Shown here: piece by piece, positions 36,791 through 49,859 of the stretch
Layout: every line of letters begins with the position of its first letter
Numbering within the stretch: the stretch's first letter is position 1
Assembly: GCF_964204645.1 (NCBI RefSeq)
Contig: NC_134028.1
Location: 20,335,245 to 20,399,244 of the forward strand
From: Tubulanus polymorphus
Taxonomy: Eukaryota; Animalia; Nemertea
Direction: 5' to 3'
Length of the DNA: 64,000 nucleotides
The notes under the pieces: model-generated
Seen by the model: the letters and a program-made list of their open reading frames with translations, nothing else
Database searches by the model: none
Told to the model about the DNA's origin: nothing
Made by a program: the position numbers and the translations under genes

Positions 36791-37059
36791 TGTGCGTAAT
36801 TTCACTGTCATTTCTCTTAATTGTAATATGGTACTATAAAGAGAAGCAAACAAACGAGTCGGGGATGGCATGAAAAAGGAAAATGAAAAATGGATTGAAA
36901 TTCCATGCAAGGATACAGAACACCTGAGGTATAACAATATGTAGTCTATCAGCCAGTCAAAGATATTACTAAACCAAAACAAGGTAGGACCAACACTATC
37001 TAAAATAAAACAGGAGAATGGCTGACTGAAGATCAAGATATCCTAAAGAGCTGTGTTGA

Positions 37060-37580
37060 TTTATATACACATAAAAAAACAGGAGAACCCATGGTGCTAG
37101 ATGTCCCCAAAACTACTAAAGTGATAACGACAGCTAACTCCATACTCAGAGAAGAGGTAGAAACTGACTTAAGAAAGGCAAATCCCAAGGGCCCAGTTCC
37201 ACAGTGGTGAGTTAGAGTTAACTCCGAGTTAAAGTTAGTTAATTTTCAAGAAGTTAACTCAGAGTCAAATCTTAACTCGGAACTGTGGAACTGGACCCAG
37301 GGGTTGACAACATTCCAGCAATACTGATCCAATCAGCAGAGGAAGAAGTAACAGATATAGTATTCATCATCTACGTACAATTAAATCTGACACACAGCGG
37401 AATGGCCAACATCCTTGACTCAGTCCTTGATAATCAACACTCCATAAGAAAGGCAACCTAGCTACGAAGAATCATTCGTATCATTAGCCAGATCAGCCAT
37501 CCGAGTAAGGTCGTGTTAATGATCATACTGAATAGACTTAAGCCACAAGCAGAAGAAATCATCAAGGAAGAACTATGGTG
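37060..37580 (+). mobile_element. LINE (RTE-like) ORF2 relic
   Basis: ILREEVE..L..K.PGVDNIPA..IW..G.WP..TQSLI.TL.KKGNL..ISHPSKVVLMIILNRLKPQAEEII, with frameshifts. Confidence 0.75.
37189..37298. mobile_element. Small MITE inserted in the LINE relic, with related copies at ~52150-52360
   Basis: TIR gggcccagttccacagt / actgtggaactggaccc and internal gagttaactc repeats. It interrupts the KSPG coding motif. Confidence 0.75.
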
Positions 37581-37896
37581 GTTTGGTCGCGTAACAAGAT
37601 CATCGACTTTCCTAAAGGGCAAAGTACAAGGATGGGATGGAGGGGAATACAAAGAAATAGACGGTAAGATAAGATTATGGAATGTACTGGCATGATTTGA
37701 AACACCTTGAAAAAGATGGCTTAAGACAGAGATAGATCGTGGTTAAACTGCAGAGCACACGTCAAATAACGGGCCCCAAATTTCTGTCCAGAAATATATA
37801 AAGATATGAGTAATTCCACTGCGTTGATATGAATCTCTCTTAAAAGTAGAATTGAAAAAAATTAGGAAAAAAGTGAATCAAATTTGAAATCAATGG

Positions 37897-38847
37897 TTAT
37901 TTGACTGAATGTCTACAGCGGATTTTCATACAGAAATATTCACGAATTTCTCGCCCAAGTAGAAGATATATGTAAAAATTCACCACATAGTTACAAACAT
38001 GGATTTGTGTGAAAATGTCATAAAGGAAATTTCTCAGTTCCGGTGCAATTGGTAACAGTGCAGTGATAGTGGTTGGAAATGTAAACATTGCAAATGCGAA
38101 TGAAACTGTTACGAGCATTATTGTTGTACGCTTTGATTTTGCAGTTTTCTGATCTGACGACACCATTTTTGAACCTCTGAATAACTGAATTATTATAACA
38201 GAATTTGCTGTCATAATTAGAGTAAACGGTAACACGTAAACGTGAACAACGAATGTGGTCAAGAATTTTATTTGGTCTACTAATTCGAAGAAGCATCCGA
38301 AAAACTGGTGAGAAAAATTTAACGACAAACCAGGTGTGAGATAAATGAACAGCGTATTCACTGTAGTAATTGTCAAAATAACAAATCTCGCGATTTTGGG
38401 TGTACATATCGAACGAGATGTGAACGGGAAGAGCACAACCGCTGCACGTTCTAGGGATATTGCAACTATCAACCACGAACTATTGCTACCGGCAAGTAGC
38501 ATTACAAATTCATACATTTGACAACTGATCAGTGAATTCATCAAGAATATAGGACCATCTTTAACGTAGAAGAGAACAAACTGTAATATTGGCATCAGAG
38601 TAAAATTGATGCAAATCGCGAAATCACTGAGGGACAAAGCGATAAGGTAGTTGGCATAAGATAAACTGCGGAATCTGTGACTTATCATAATCAGCAAAGT
38701 AGCTGAATTTCCGAAAACTCCTAATATGAACACGACAGGCAGAATGACCAGTGACACAGTTCGGTAAATTCCAGATCTGCTCACCACAGACATCAACACG
38801 ATATTACTGGAATGAGTTCGACCAATTAGCATCTGAGTAGAATTCAT
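37897..38847 (-). CDS. Intronless class A GPCR paralog, 316 aa from ATG at 38847
   Basis: Colinear with and the same length (951 nt) as 34729-35679. GNS, LSLSD, LER and NFYIY motifs. Confidence 0.93.
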   Translation of the reverse strand: MNSTQMLIGRTHSSNIVLMSVVSRSGIYRTVSLVILPVVFILGVFGNSATLLIMISHRFRSLSYANYLIALSLSDFAICINFTLMPILQFVLFYVKDGPIFLMNSLISCQMYEFVMLLAGSNSSWLIVAISLERAAVVLFPFTSRSICTPKIARFVILTITTVNTLFIYLTPGLSLNFSHQFFGCFFELVDQIKFLTTFVVHVYVLPFTLIMTANSVIIIQLFRGSKMVSSDQKTAKSKRTTIMLVTVSFAFAMFTFPTTITALLPIAPELRNFLYDIFTQIHVCNYVVNFYIYLLLGREIREYFCMKIRCRHSVK

Positions 38848-39319
38848 GATGTATATGCCGATCAAATGAGAGTGACTGACTGCCTGATATTTTACTGACT
38901 GCCTGAGAGTGTACTGACTACTGACTAGTTTACTATGACTGTCCGAGAATGTTCTGGAACTAACCGTGTCTTCTCGCTTATTGGAAAATTAATGTAACGT
39001 TGATATAGATATATCATTAGAGTCTGCTAAAATTCATTTGTAAGATGTATTGTTAACAAAGTAAAATCAATTCTCAGACCGATTTAACCCGATTTACTCA
39101 GATAAGGGAACGTTTATTATTGTGTATCATATAAATTAAACTTTTAATGAATATAGCTGCAAAGCAGCGATAACGGGTTTTCTGCAGAGCATTGTTCGTA
39201 TTCTTGATCTTGTCTGGATAATGTGTCGACCACGAATCCGTGTATGCTGACGCAGCCCTACTATGCAATGAAAATGAAGGGAATTTAGAATCCTGTTCGA
39301 CAGTCAACGCGGTTTTATA

Positions 39320-39640
39320 ATAGGAAGGTCTACAAACAGTTAATTGGGTTTACTTGAAACCATGGATGATTGGACAAGATGGCTTTTTGACTCTGGAAAA
39401 TCGATTGTTAGGCCTTAAGCCTTTATAGATTTCAAAAAAGCATTTGATAAGGTACTACATCAGCGATTACTAAACAAGCTATTAGGAAAACGAATCAATG
39501 GTCATGGGTCGCTTAAATGGCTCAGCAGTTTTCTACGAACGAAAAAAGATAGCCGAAATCAACGGAACTGTCTCATCTTGAAAATAAGATCTAACCAGTG
39601 GAGTAACGCAAGGTAGTATCCTAAGTCGTCCTCTTTTCAC
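39320..39640 (+). mobile_element. CR1/L2-like LINE RT relic
   Basis: DFKKAFDKV.HQRLL.KL..LKWLSSFL..INGTVSS..TSGV.QGSIL read across frameshifts. Confidence 0.75.
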
Positions 39641-39819
39641 TGGCAAATGATATACAGAATAATCCAAAATGTACAGGACTAATGAATTTCCAAAACGACC
39701 TAAACAAGCTGTGTTCTGTACATAGTCAGAAACATGGAAGATGAGCTCCAACCTGAAAAAGGCATAATATGGATATACGAAGAAAACTCATTCATATCAT
39801 TATACGTTCGGGTGAAAAA

Positions 39820-40150
39820 GATTATTTTGTTCGAATGAAGATTATTCCACGAAAAGACTATTTAGTTCCAAGAAAAGATTTTTTCTTTGCAATGGAAACA
39901 CTTCGATCGAACAATATACTTGTTCAAACGAAAATATTATGTTCCGAAAAGAACAATTCTGTTTGATCGAGCAATATACTTTTGTACGAAAGAAAAAACA
40001 TTTTGTTCCAACAAAAACATTTTTGAGCGAAAACAATTTCGTTCCAATGAATTGAAAAAAAAATTATTGTTCGACGGACATCAATTTTGATCGATCGAAC
40101 TTAATATTTTTGGTTCGAACGAAAAACATTTTGAAAAGATGTTCAAACGA
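39820..40150. repeat. Degenerate ~20-bp tandem repeat (ttgttcgaacgaaaa-like)
   Basis: Recurrent ttttgttcNaacgaaaa motif. Confidence 0.65.
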
Positions 40151-42440
40151 AGAAAGGATCTTTTTCGTAACTAACGTCTTCAGGAATTAATAAAATACCA
40201 GTTTCATTAATGATGAAAAAACTCAAATGGAAACTCTGGTTTATAAAGCTGCCTGCTCAGACGAATGCTAACAGCTTTAAAAAAGAAAATCTTCATAGTA
40301 GGCCTACGTATGCGCGTAGGCCTGACAGAAGGCGCTTAGGCCTATTGCTATTCAACCCTCCTAAACATCGTATTCCTGCACCTTATTTAACAGGGGTAGG
40401 TCCCTTGGTGTATTGATTCGTAAAATCAATTTAATTTTTCGGATTATGAAGATCAAATATTTCGTACTACGCGACACAGCAATTTTGCCGGATTTTCTAT
40501 TGCAAATGTTGTTTGAAGTTCAATCCATGTGTCCGTAAATAATCACAGCAATTATACTGTGTTTGTTTGAAACAGTAAAGCACGTAGGCCTAGAAGTAGC
40601 ACAATTCAATAAACACCTAAAGCGGCCTAGCTAGATTGAACATTTAAGATAAGCAGTGACAATTATTCATTTGTTTGTACGGAAACCCGATCGGGTCCTT
40701 TCAGCCATGTTTCAATTGAAGGTGCAGTGTACATGTATATCTGGGAGCCGTAGTGTTGGAGATACATTTTTGTATGTATATATGTATGTATGTTGTATTG
40801 TATGTATAAAGCCATCTTTTAACTGTAATTGTAACTAATACTGTTAAAATCTGTGAAACTTTAAGCCGTTCCTTATGAATGGACATCATCGATTCAGTGG
40901 TGGGACGAAATTATCTACCGAATCTGTTAGCACCTAGCAAAAGGGCGCGTTATCAAAACTTATTGGGGACAACTGCCCCCGCTATGAACGGCTTCGTTTT
41001 CGATGTAACCGGCTGCAACCCCTGATTCAATCGTATGTACATAGCGATGAATTTAGTAACTGTGCCCCACCCTTTCTCCTCTCCCCTCGTTAACACTTCA
41101 CCGGGTCTCCTGTTCCTGTCTGCAGCATCCACACAGGGGCCTGACCCCACGGAAATATAGACACCTCATCGCCATACATAGAAAATCAGAAAGTCGATCC
41201 CGACTTTCCATTTAAAATGAACTAAATTCAACTCCAGGTCGAGTCTCTTACGTAGGTTCATATTGATACTTAATTTCTGTGACTAATCACTCTTTCCATG
41301 TACAGCGGGCAGATGAAGTTTTCTGATAGAATTGGTATTGAATTTCGCTCTGATAATGACGCATGTATAGTGTATTTCCTTTTTCGAAATAAAAGTATAT
41401 CCATTCAAAAGCTTTTATTCATCTGCGTATTGACAAAATTCGAGTGTGTTTGTTCATCGATTATCAATTAGTTTCATTTGCTCGTGATATTCTAGAAATA
41501 TTGGACAATGTAAGATAGCTTGAGGCTTATCTAGTAATTGATATGGAATTTCGCTCTGATAATGACGCATGTTCTTTGTAAGCCAAGAAGATACACAAAC
41601 GATGAATCAGGAGAGAAATCCCACAATAGATTCAGCCAAAAATGAAAAGTTCTATAATACAGGTATACATTACGAGCACGGTTTGGTTAAAATACTATCA
41701 GCCTTAGCCGAAACATTGCTCCACCTCTCACACCCCTCCCCCACAAAAAAATTATGATTAAATGCTGGGTATGGCCCTGGTAACATAACACTAACCCCCG
41801 GCGATACTACTTGAGGGATTTGGCTATATCTTGTCGTAGAAGTCCCGTCTGTCCGAGTCCAGTTGAAATAAGATGTATATTTTATTTATGACATCGACAT
41901 ATATCTAATCTCTATTCGTCAAAATTCATAGTACGTAGGCTCTATCCCAACTAAGCTATGCCTGGTGTTTCAACCTCACGAATGTGTTATCTTTTAACCT
42001 GTAATTTTCTTAAAAATTACATCCATATATTTTCTTGGGTTCGGCCAACATTTTCCCCACGATCCTGCTTGGCAACATTTACTGTCTCGCCATTGCACAC
42101 GCATGCCATCCCTCACTTAATCCGATCTCCTGAAAATTAAGTCAATTACGTTATCGGTCAAAACTACTATAGGAAGTTGGCTGATGAGTGTTTTATAAAC
42201 TAGCAATCTTTAGTCTCACCACCTGAAGGGATTAAGTCTAAGAAAGGCGATGTAAATTAGGAGCTGCTGGACTGCAGAACATTTATACTTAATGCCACTT
42301 GGATCTGATGAACACTATAAGACGTACGTTGGCCCCTAGGAGTCAAATTGAAAACCGCCACGGATAATCTAAAAATATCAAATTTATGAACAATTACGTA
42401 ACTAAGTAGCTGCTAGCCCCTAAAACATCACTTATAGCTA

Positions 42441-42562
<122 letters not shown>

Positions 42563-44583
42563 TGCGTATATACATATTATAATATATACATTTCAAACAT
42601 ATGTACATTTTTTTCAGATTCCTAAACCATGACCTCACCTGCTTCTAACCTTACCCTATTTGGTATGATCAATCCCTGCTACTTCCATTCTACTCACTCC
42701 TGTACTACACTAACCATCCCTCAAAAATTCTTACATTAAAATATAGCAGCTAAATGCTGTTCTATCTCCTCAACATACTCCCTTCTTGTAATCTGATCCA
42801 TTTGCCTTTGTTGTGGTGTGGGTTTGGGTTATCAACTAGTTATTGTGTTTGTTGTTTCCACCGATGATTAGGGTTTAATCCGTATTAGTGTGTTCGATCC
42901 GATTCGTGGAATTCCACTGACTCTAGATCAATCACTACTTCTCGTGGATCTAATGTTTCGTTCTTTATACTACCATAGCCTTTCTATACAATTCTTTCTT
43001 CATTCAACCTACAGACTCTTATCTTTAGCTTCTCCAAACTCTAGATTCCCTACTGTACTGAAACCCTCCCTTTTTATACCATTTTTATAATGTTTCTCGC
43101 GACGTATACTTCCATATAGCCCGGTATCATAGCCTGTGACGTATTCTCTCGTCACATTCCAACGAGCTATATTAAGGGTTTGTACGTATGTTATACGTCA
43201 CGAGCGCTAAGTTTACTATTTGAACTTTGCCATATCCCACAAGCAATTAATTGCTCGTAGCTTTATCCAGCCTCCCTACGCAGATACCCACGTCACTCTC
43301 ACCTACGAGCAATGATTGCTCGTAGCTCTCATCTATCTTCTTTTCAATGTCTTTTGTGCAACGTAAGCATTTACGTAGGTTGTTTACTAACCGCAGCCCT
43401 GCCCTGAGCTCTGGCTTCCTTTCCCATTATGTAAATAACTAATTTATCACCCAAATATTGTACCTTCGGTGTGCGCACCAGCACACATCTAGTTAGTCTG
43501 AATACCAGTCGTTGTTACGGTTCTGTACAACTTCTGACGCTAAAGTATCATATAGAGGTTAACTCCTGATAATTGCAATGCAACAACTGATTTTAGTGTC
43601 AAATCAAACCTTTGTACTAAAATAAATAAATAAATTACCTTGTTGACTTTGAAAACGTGTTTTATTATAAAATTTTTGATGATTTAAATCGCGAACCGGG
43701 GAATTTATTGATTTGATTTGAATTGAATTGATTGCCACTATCGGGATTTCCAATACGGACTAAATTAATAAAATGTGAAAATTCAATATGTCTCTCTAAA
43801 ATTACTCTAAATGTTATTTTTTGTTGATAAAACGCATTAATTTTGGTCAATTTTAACCTTAATAATTTGAAACAAGAATAATATCTGAATTGGCACCAAG
43901 TTTAAGTTCGAATCCGTAATTTACACTCCCATCATGCACCACGAAAAGCCGCCATATTTGTTATGTTGCTTCACTTCAACTGTTTTTTGAGGCGACTAGT
44001 CAAAAGTTTTGAGCTACTACGATCGTCAAAAGCTACTTAGGATTACAAATTTATGCACAAACAATAATTAACTTCCATCTGATTACAGAACAGTCAGTTT
44101 GAGGTAAGTTGATGGTGTTTTAAGGGGTGAAATAGACGCTCAAAGCCTCGTCCCTCAAAATGAGGGACTAAAATTAACCTTATATGAGCACTTTCGCCCT
44201 AGACGTTGTTTCAGGAACAACGGCTAGGTACTAGACTAACATCTAGTGTGCGATATCGTGCACACTGCACACACACTATCTTTTCCCATACACATAAAAC
44301 CCTATAACTATTTCCTCTACAATGTCCTCTTATTCATGAAACTTATGTGCAAGTCGAAGAAACTTGGGGGATATATTTCTGGGGAACCCCTTGTATGGTA
44401 TACGATGTTGATATTTGTTATAATCAAACTGGTCGAATGTAATTCGAACTTAAACTTTTCGTTATAACGGCATATCTTTTTTATGGATTTTGATCTAATC
44501 CGGGCAACGTTTGCAGTCCATTTGTTCATCAAAGTACAAGAAAATCCATTTTGAATCTAATGTCCCGTAAACCGGATGAATTA

Positions 44584-45397
44584 AGGCTGGCTTATGTCGA
44601 CAAGCAACGCGACGCCTACCGACGCAACTGGGTTTATCGCCGATTAGCGGCAACTAGCGGCCTACGAGAGGCCGCCAGTTGCTCCTCAATCGGTTCGACA
44701 TAAGCCGGCTTGCGACGGCAACGCGACGCCTACCGACGCCTACCGACTCGTCGCAAGCCGTATCCGACTAGTTGCCCATGTTCTACTCCGGCCTACGGTA
44801 GGCGGACAGTTGCTTTCGATCGCAACCGACATAAGCTCATCTGCGACGCGATGGAACTGAGCGCAGCAATTCCAGCCAATGAGAGACCGCATATACATAG
44901 TACAGATAATGACTGCTAGTTAGCGTCATTAGTAATTAGTCATTAACTTTCAAAATTCAAGCAGTTCCATACGTAAACCAAACCTTCAGCACGGCAGATG
45001 ATTGACTGAAGATCTAAAAACGAAATTGGTAGAATTATGGTGTGAGCGGCCATCTTTATATGATGTCGCTAGCACATAGTATTCAAAAGAGAATCAGAAA
45101 GAATAAGATCTTAAAGAAATAGCTTATGTACTGGAATTATACTTCCCAATAATCAAAAATGATTCAAATCTATTGTCAAAATGCTTATCACGTGATCATC
45201 GGCGGTCGGTTCAGTTGCCAGTAATCGTACCGACATAAGCAGGGAAGCAAACTGGCGGATCTCGTATCTCGCTAGTCGGCCTCAGTTGCTGGGAATCGGA
45301 GCGCAGTCGACATAAGCTGGGCTGCGATCGCGGTCGCTCTCAGTTGCGTCGGTAGGAGTCGGTAGGCATCGCGTCGCTTGTCGACATAAGCCAGCCT
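44584..45397 (+). mobile_element. Non-autonomous PIF/Harbinger transposon with MADF/Myb-SANT relic
   Basis: TIR aggctggcttatgtcgacaagc / gcttgtcgacataagccagcct with TTA TSD on both sides. Internal TEDLKTKLVELWCERPSLYDVAST*YSKENQKE*DLKEIA at ~45005-45125. Confidence 0.85.
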
Positions 45398-46327
45398 TTA
45401 CGGATTCAACTGTATAGAGATACATATATTGAATCAATTTATCCACCGTAACGAGAGTCCAATCTTTACCCGGGCGTTTGTGCAATCAAACCTAAGTGTT
45501 TGAGCTATGGAAGATGCGATTAGATGTTCCATTTCGCGTTGCCATTTGATACGCATCACAGGACGCTTCCGTGAAAATTTCATTTTCTGATGTACAGGTG
45601 GAACCAAAGGTCAAGATCATCGAGGTGGCGTCGCTATATATGTTCATGATCAAATCCAGTTTACTTAAAGAAAAGATTCAAAGGTTTCCCATTTTCTCCT
45701 TCTAGCTGAAATTTGTCGGAACTGTTGGCAGCAGTTTCAGGTCCTACATTGCTGCAGACGATCAAAATTATCGACTGTTTAAAGGTATGTTTCCTACAGG
45801 AGATGAAACAACGAGTCTATACTGAATACTACATTATTGTACTTTTTTCTTTTACTTCCAGCTCGATTTATCAAAGTGATTTACATTATGCCTTGAGAAG
45901 TCAAATCTTATTCACTAAATTTGAAAAATAAGATTTTCTGCAAAACTACCACCTTATTGTTCTTTTTGGTTTCTGATTGTTGGCATAGGCTTCGTTGAAC
46001 CTGATTCGTTAGAGAGGCTAAGGCTCGAGGCATCAAAACACGGAGTCAACGAGGACTTATACATGTATCAACCCGCCCAAGCTGTAGGGTGGAAACATCA
46101 CCCCTTGCTTGTTCCCTGTAGGTTTAGCCGTTGTGTTGATTAAAGCGCTCTAAAAGAAGATGCATCGAATAACGCAGGAAATCATCATTGTGAGGGGAGG
46201 TGGTGGTACCGACCGCCAGGGGAGTCAATGGAATCATGTCGGTTATCACTACAAAGTGCACACGAAGTTCCCTATTGAAATCGAATGACTGTTTGTTTAC
46301 TGGCCGCTAGGACGAGGAACTAGCAGC

Positions 46328-48522
46328 CTAGGCTAGTTGGTAATAATCCCAAATGTTTGGCAAGAACTCGGTGTTTTTCACGCCGTCCCAGAATAGTAGA
46401 TCATCTATAATGAGCGGGTATCGTTTGTATGTCTCCTCAGACAGAGCTCCGATTGTGTAATCATTGACTGTAGAGCTGCAGTTTACGGGTACATCTTCAT
46501 CCTTTGCCACGATACCTGAAAGTAAAAAAGCCCTGCACTTACTCAAACGTCAAGTATAAATTTCAAATGTAACCACGATTGAAAACGAAATTCGAATATC
46601 AAGAATTGAATAATGAAAATAGAAATAATCTGATAATAAAAAAAACTGGGCGTTTCGGACTAAGACGGGGAGGGGGCATCAGTGTCTTGGTCAAGAGTAA
46701 CAAGTTGCACGGTTATATCAATAAGTTACTCAAATAACTAGTTCCCCTATGCTTGCTGGTTTCTTATTTAAGAGACCCCGCGACGTCGTATCTTTTTATT
46801 TTTGATTTTCATTTTCAATTTTCATGGTGGGTATGAATCTCATTAACGTTACCTAAAGTTCCGTTGGTGTACAAACGCGCCCCCTGCTGACGATTCCACG
46901 TGGCAGTCACGTGCACCCAGCCTATCCCGACATGTGTTCGACTGGCGACTCGAATCTGTCTTTGCGTTCCGTTTTTGACACCGAGAAAATGGCGTACACT
47001 CATCTGGATATAACCGGCTTGATGGAATACCGCATAACCGTAAGATCTGATTGTATGGCCGCCGTTACCAAGATAATACGCCGTATAACAGCTGTGACAT
47101 AGCGGGTCCTTAAAAATCGGGTTCTTATCCATCACATACAACCAGAACATCATCGTAAAACCCGTGCCACATTCCATAAGATATCCGCCGAAACAACCTA
47201 GATAACGCACGTCTCCGAAATTCAGGTATCCAGTTTTCCGGATATGTAGCGCGTATTTGGAGTATGCTCCGGGGACCAGACCGTAGTTTGAACCGATGAA
47301 CGTGCCATTCAATTTAGCGCCTATGAGTATATCGTCTTCTATAGCGTCCATCGAGAAATATTGCGACGCGTCTGAAAATTAATACGTTCATGAATAGATT
47401 TGCATATTCAAATTTAATGAAATTTTCTGTTTGCTTCGAATCCAAGATTTTCGACACGCTGGTCACAGTCCAAACTTTCGAGTTGAGTGGTTAGGGATGA
47501 ATAAAGAGGAATGGCAATTGAGAGGTCGTATAGGACGGACCACGATCTTTGAAATTTTTAATCGAATCCGCTTGTCACTCAGTTTTTTTAACAAACTCAA
47601 CCCGCTAAGCGCCACGCAGGGCTTTATAAGCGGGTTCGATGTTTCATTCACCCAATGAGGAGACCTGAGAAGAACCTTCGACCATGGAACTCCGTCGCCA
47701 CCAGGGTTCGAACCCATAAGCCCTGGATTGAGGAGACCAGTGACTGGCGGCTTAAACCACTCGGCCACCGCGCTTGTCACTCAGTACTGATGGTGAATGC
47801 AACAGCATCGCGCTTTATCTCATTGGACTATAGAGGCCGTTAAATCTGATCAGACTCGCGCGTGACCCCAGAGGGCCGCTTTTATTTGAAACTAACCGTT
47901 AGTGTAATACTGACAATCCGGTCCGATGAAACTATTCGTGCACACGTACCGACCATGTACAATATTCTCCTAAACATGAAAAAAAACAGAAATAAAACAT
48001 CGTTATAGTGACAGATCAGTTAAAATTGTCATGTACTATATATTTGACTGAAGTGAAATCGACGAAGCCGATATCATGGAATGCCAATTTTATCGTGGGC
48101 GCGCTCGAGGACGCGAACCGCGCACGCCAAATATATTCCGTATTAAAAAAACGTATAAACAGTTGGTCACATGGAATTGCCTATATAGTCTGTGTTCTTA
48201 CCGTTCGTTGCTCGTAGAAAATCGTATCATCCGTGGCGGGTTCGAGTCCCGTGCAATTCGAATCGGAAGTGCGCGAGTAATGGTGGCATATCCGGTTTGT
48301 TCTCGAGTATGAGACTGATTGACAGCGATCGTCTGCGGCGCATCGTCTAAAACAGTCCAGGTATCGAGAATCTTCGAAGATTTCCTTTTGTTGAAATATC
48401 CCGGAATTCACCGGTTTCATTTGCGCGCAACTTGGAGAAGCCCTGAAAAGTCGTTGGCGACTAACGTCTCCGTAAACACCCAACACCCACGTGACGTACA
48501 GCAACATCGAGCAACCCATCAT
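46328..48522 (-). CDS. Spliced secreted protein: signal peptide + PAN/apple domain + laminin G/concanavalin A-like domain
   Basis: Exon 48522-48202 (MMGCSMLLYVTWVLGVYG..CFRRCAADDRCQSVSY..ICHHYS, GTAAG donor). Exon 47371-46853 (C..GFTMMFW..WVHVTATWN..LYTNG). Exon 46515-46328 (IG..IDDLLFWD). A small extra exon is needed for phase, candidate ~47969-47954. Confidence 0.8.
47584..47770 (-). mobile_element. tRNA-derived SINE with A tail and perfect 15-bp TSD, intronic
   Basis: A box TGGCCGAGTGG, B box GGTTCGAACCC and an A-rich end. cgcttgtcactcagt occurs at 47569-47583 and 47771-47785. Confidence 0.88.
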
Positions 48523-48879
48523 GGCGCTTTATTCTGAACGAATGAGAAATAAAACGACTTTGATACGTAGGCATGCATTGAGTTTCATGAATTGGTGTCA
48601 ACTTTGACCCAATGTTAAACAACTTATGGAACGGAACGGAACAAAACGACACAGGGTCCCTATATCTTCTAAATGGCTCTAATGTAAAAGGTCTTTCGAA
48701 CTCGTTATACCAAGGCCTAAATTAACTCAGGCCTGATCCGTGTCAATTTGGAACTGGACTTGAATTTGGCGCGGGCCAAATCATCTCCAAGTGATTGCAG
48801 CTATATGAGTTCCTAGAATAAGGAATGGAACGGTACTGGCATTTTCACAACGAAAAACGGTCAATGCAAATCAGTTTTC

Positions 48880-49859
48880 TATGGTGGCTGATAAGGGCCA
48901 AAGCGAAAAATTACTGGTTTGCAAATCAGGGCGCCAGAACGCCAAAACAAAAAAAAACGTCCAATTTTCCCTGAAAGCTCGTTTTGGCGCGCCAAAACAA
49001 AGAAAATTCCGTTTTGGCGTCCCCGCCAAAACAACGAAAAACGTCGAAATTTCTCTAAAAGTTCGTTTTGGCGCGCCAAAACAAAGAATATTCCGTTTTG
49101 GCGTCCCCGCCAAAACAAACTTTCAACCACGAACTTTCAACCACGTAAAATAATTCTATATATGCAAATTTATGCAAATCACACACAGGATCAACGCGCC
49201 AAATTGAAAAATAATTTTATTGTCGTTGAATGCTTGTTATACGGAAATAACCGTGCCTAAACGAAATAATCTTTGTTTTGGCGCGCCAAAACGAAATAAT
49301 CTTTGTTTTGGCGCGCCAAAACGAACTTTCAGAGAAAATTGGACGTTTTTCGTTGTTTTGGCGGGGGTGCCAAAATGAAAGTTCGTTTTGGCGGGGGCGC
49401 CAAAACGGAATATTCTTTGTTTTGGTGCGCCTAAACGAACTTTAAGAGAAATTTCGACGTTTTTCGTTGTTTTGGTGGGGGCACCAAAACGAAAGTTCGT
49501 TTTGGCGGGGCGCCAAAACAAAGAAAATTGGTGCCCCCACCAAAACGAACTTTCAGAGAAAATTGGACGTTTTTCGTTGTATTGACGGGGGTGGCAAAAC
49601 AGAATTTTCTTTGTTTTGGCGCCCCCGCCAAAACGAACTTTTAGAGAAATTTCGACGTTTTTCGTTGTTTTGGTGGGGGCGCCAAACGGAATTTTCTTTG
49701 TATTGTCGCGCCAAAACGAACTTTCAGAGAAAATTGGACGTTTTCTTTTCGTTTTGGCGTTCTGGCGTTCTGGCGTTCTGGCGTTCTGGCGTTCTGGCGT
49801 TCTGGCGCCCTCATTTACATACCAGGAATTTTACGCTATGGCCCTTATCAGCCACCATA
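48880..49859. mobile_element. Second IS3EU-like foldback element (6-bp TSD GTTTTC), opposite orientation to 30588-31246
   Basis: Same TATGGTGGCTGATAAGGGCC termini, internal palindromes and central spacer. gttttc on both flanks. (ggcgttct)n expansion near 49757-49807. Confidence 0.85.
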
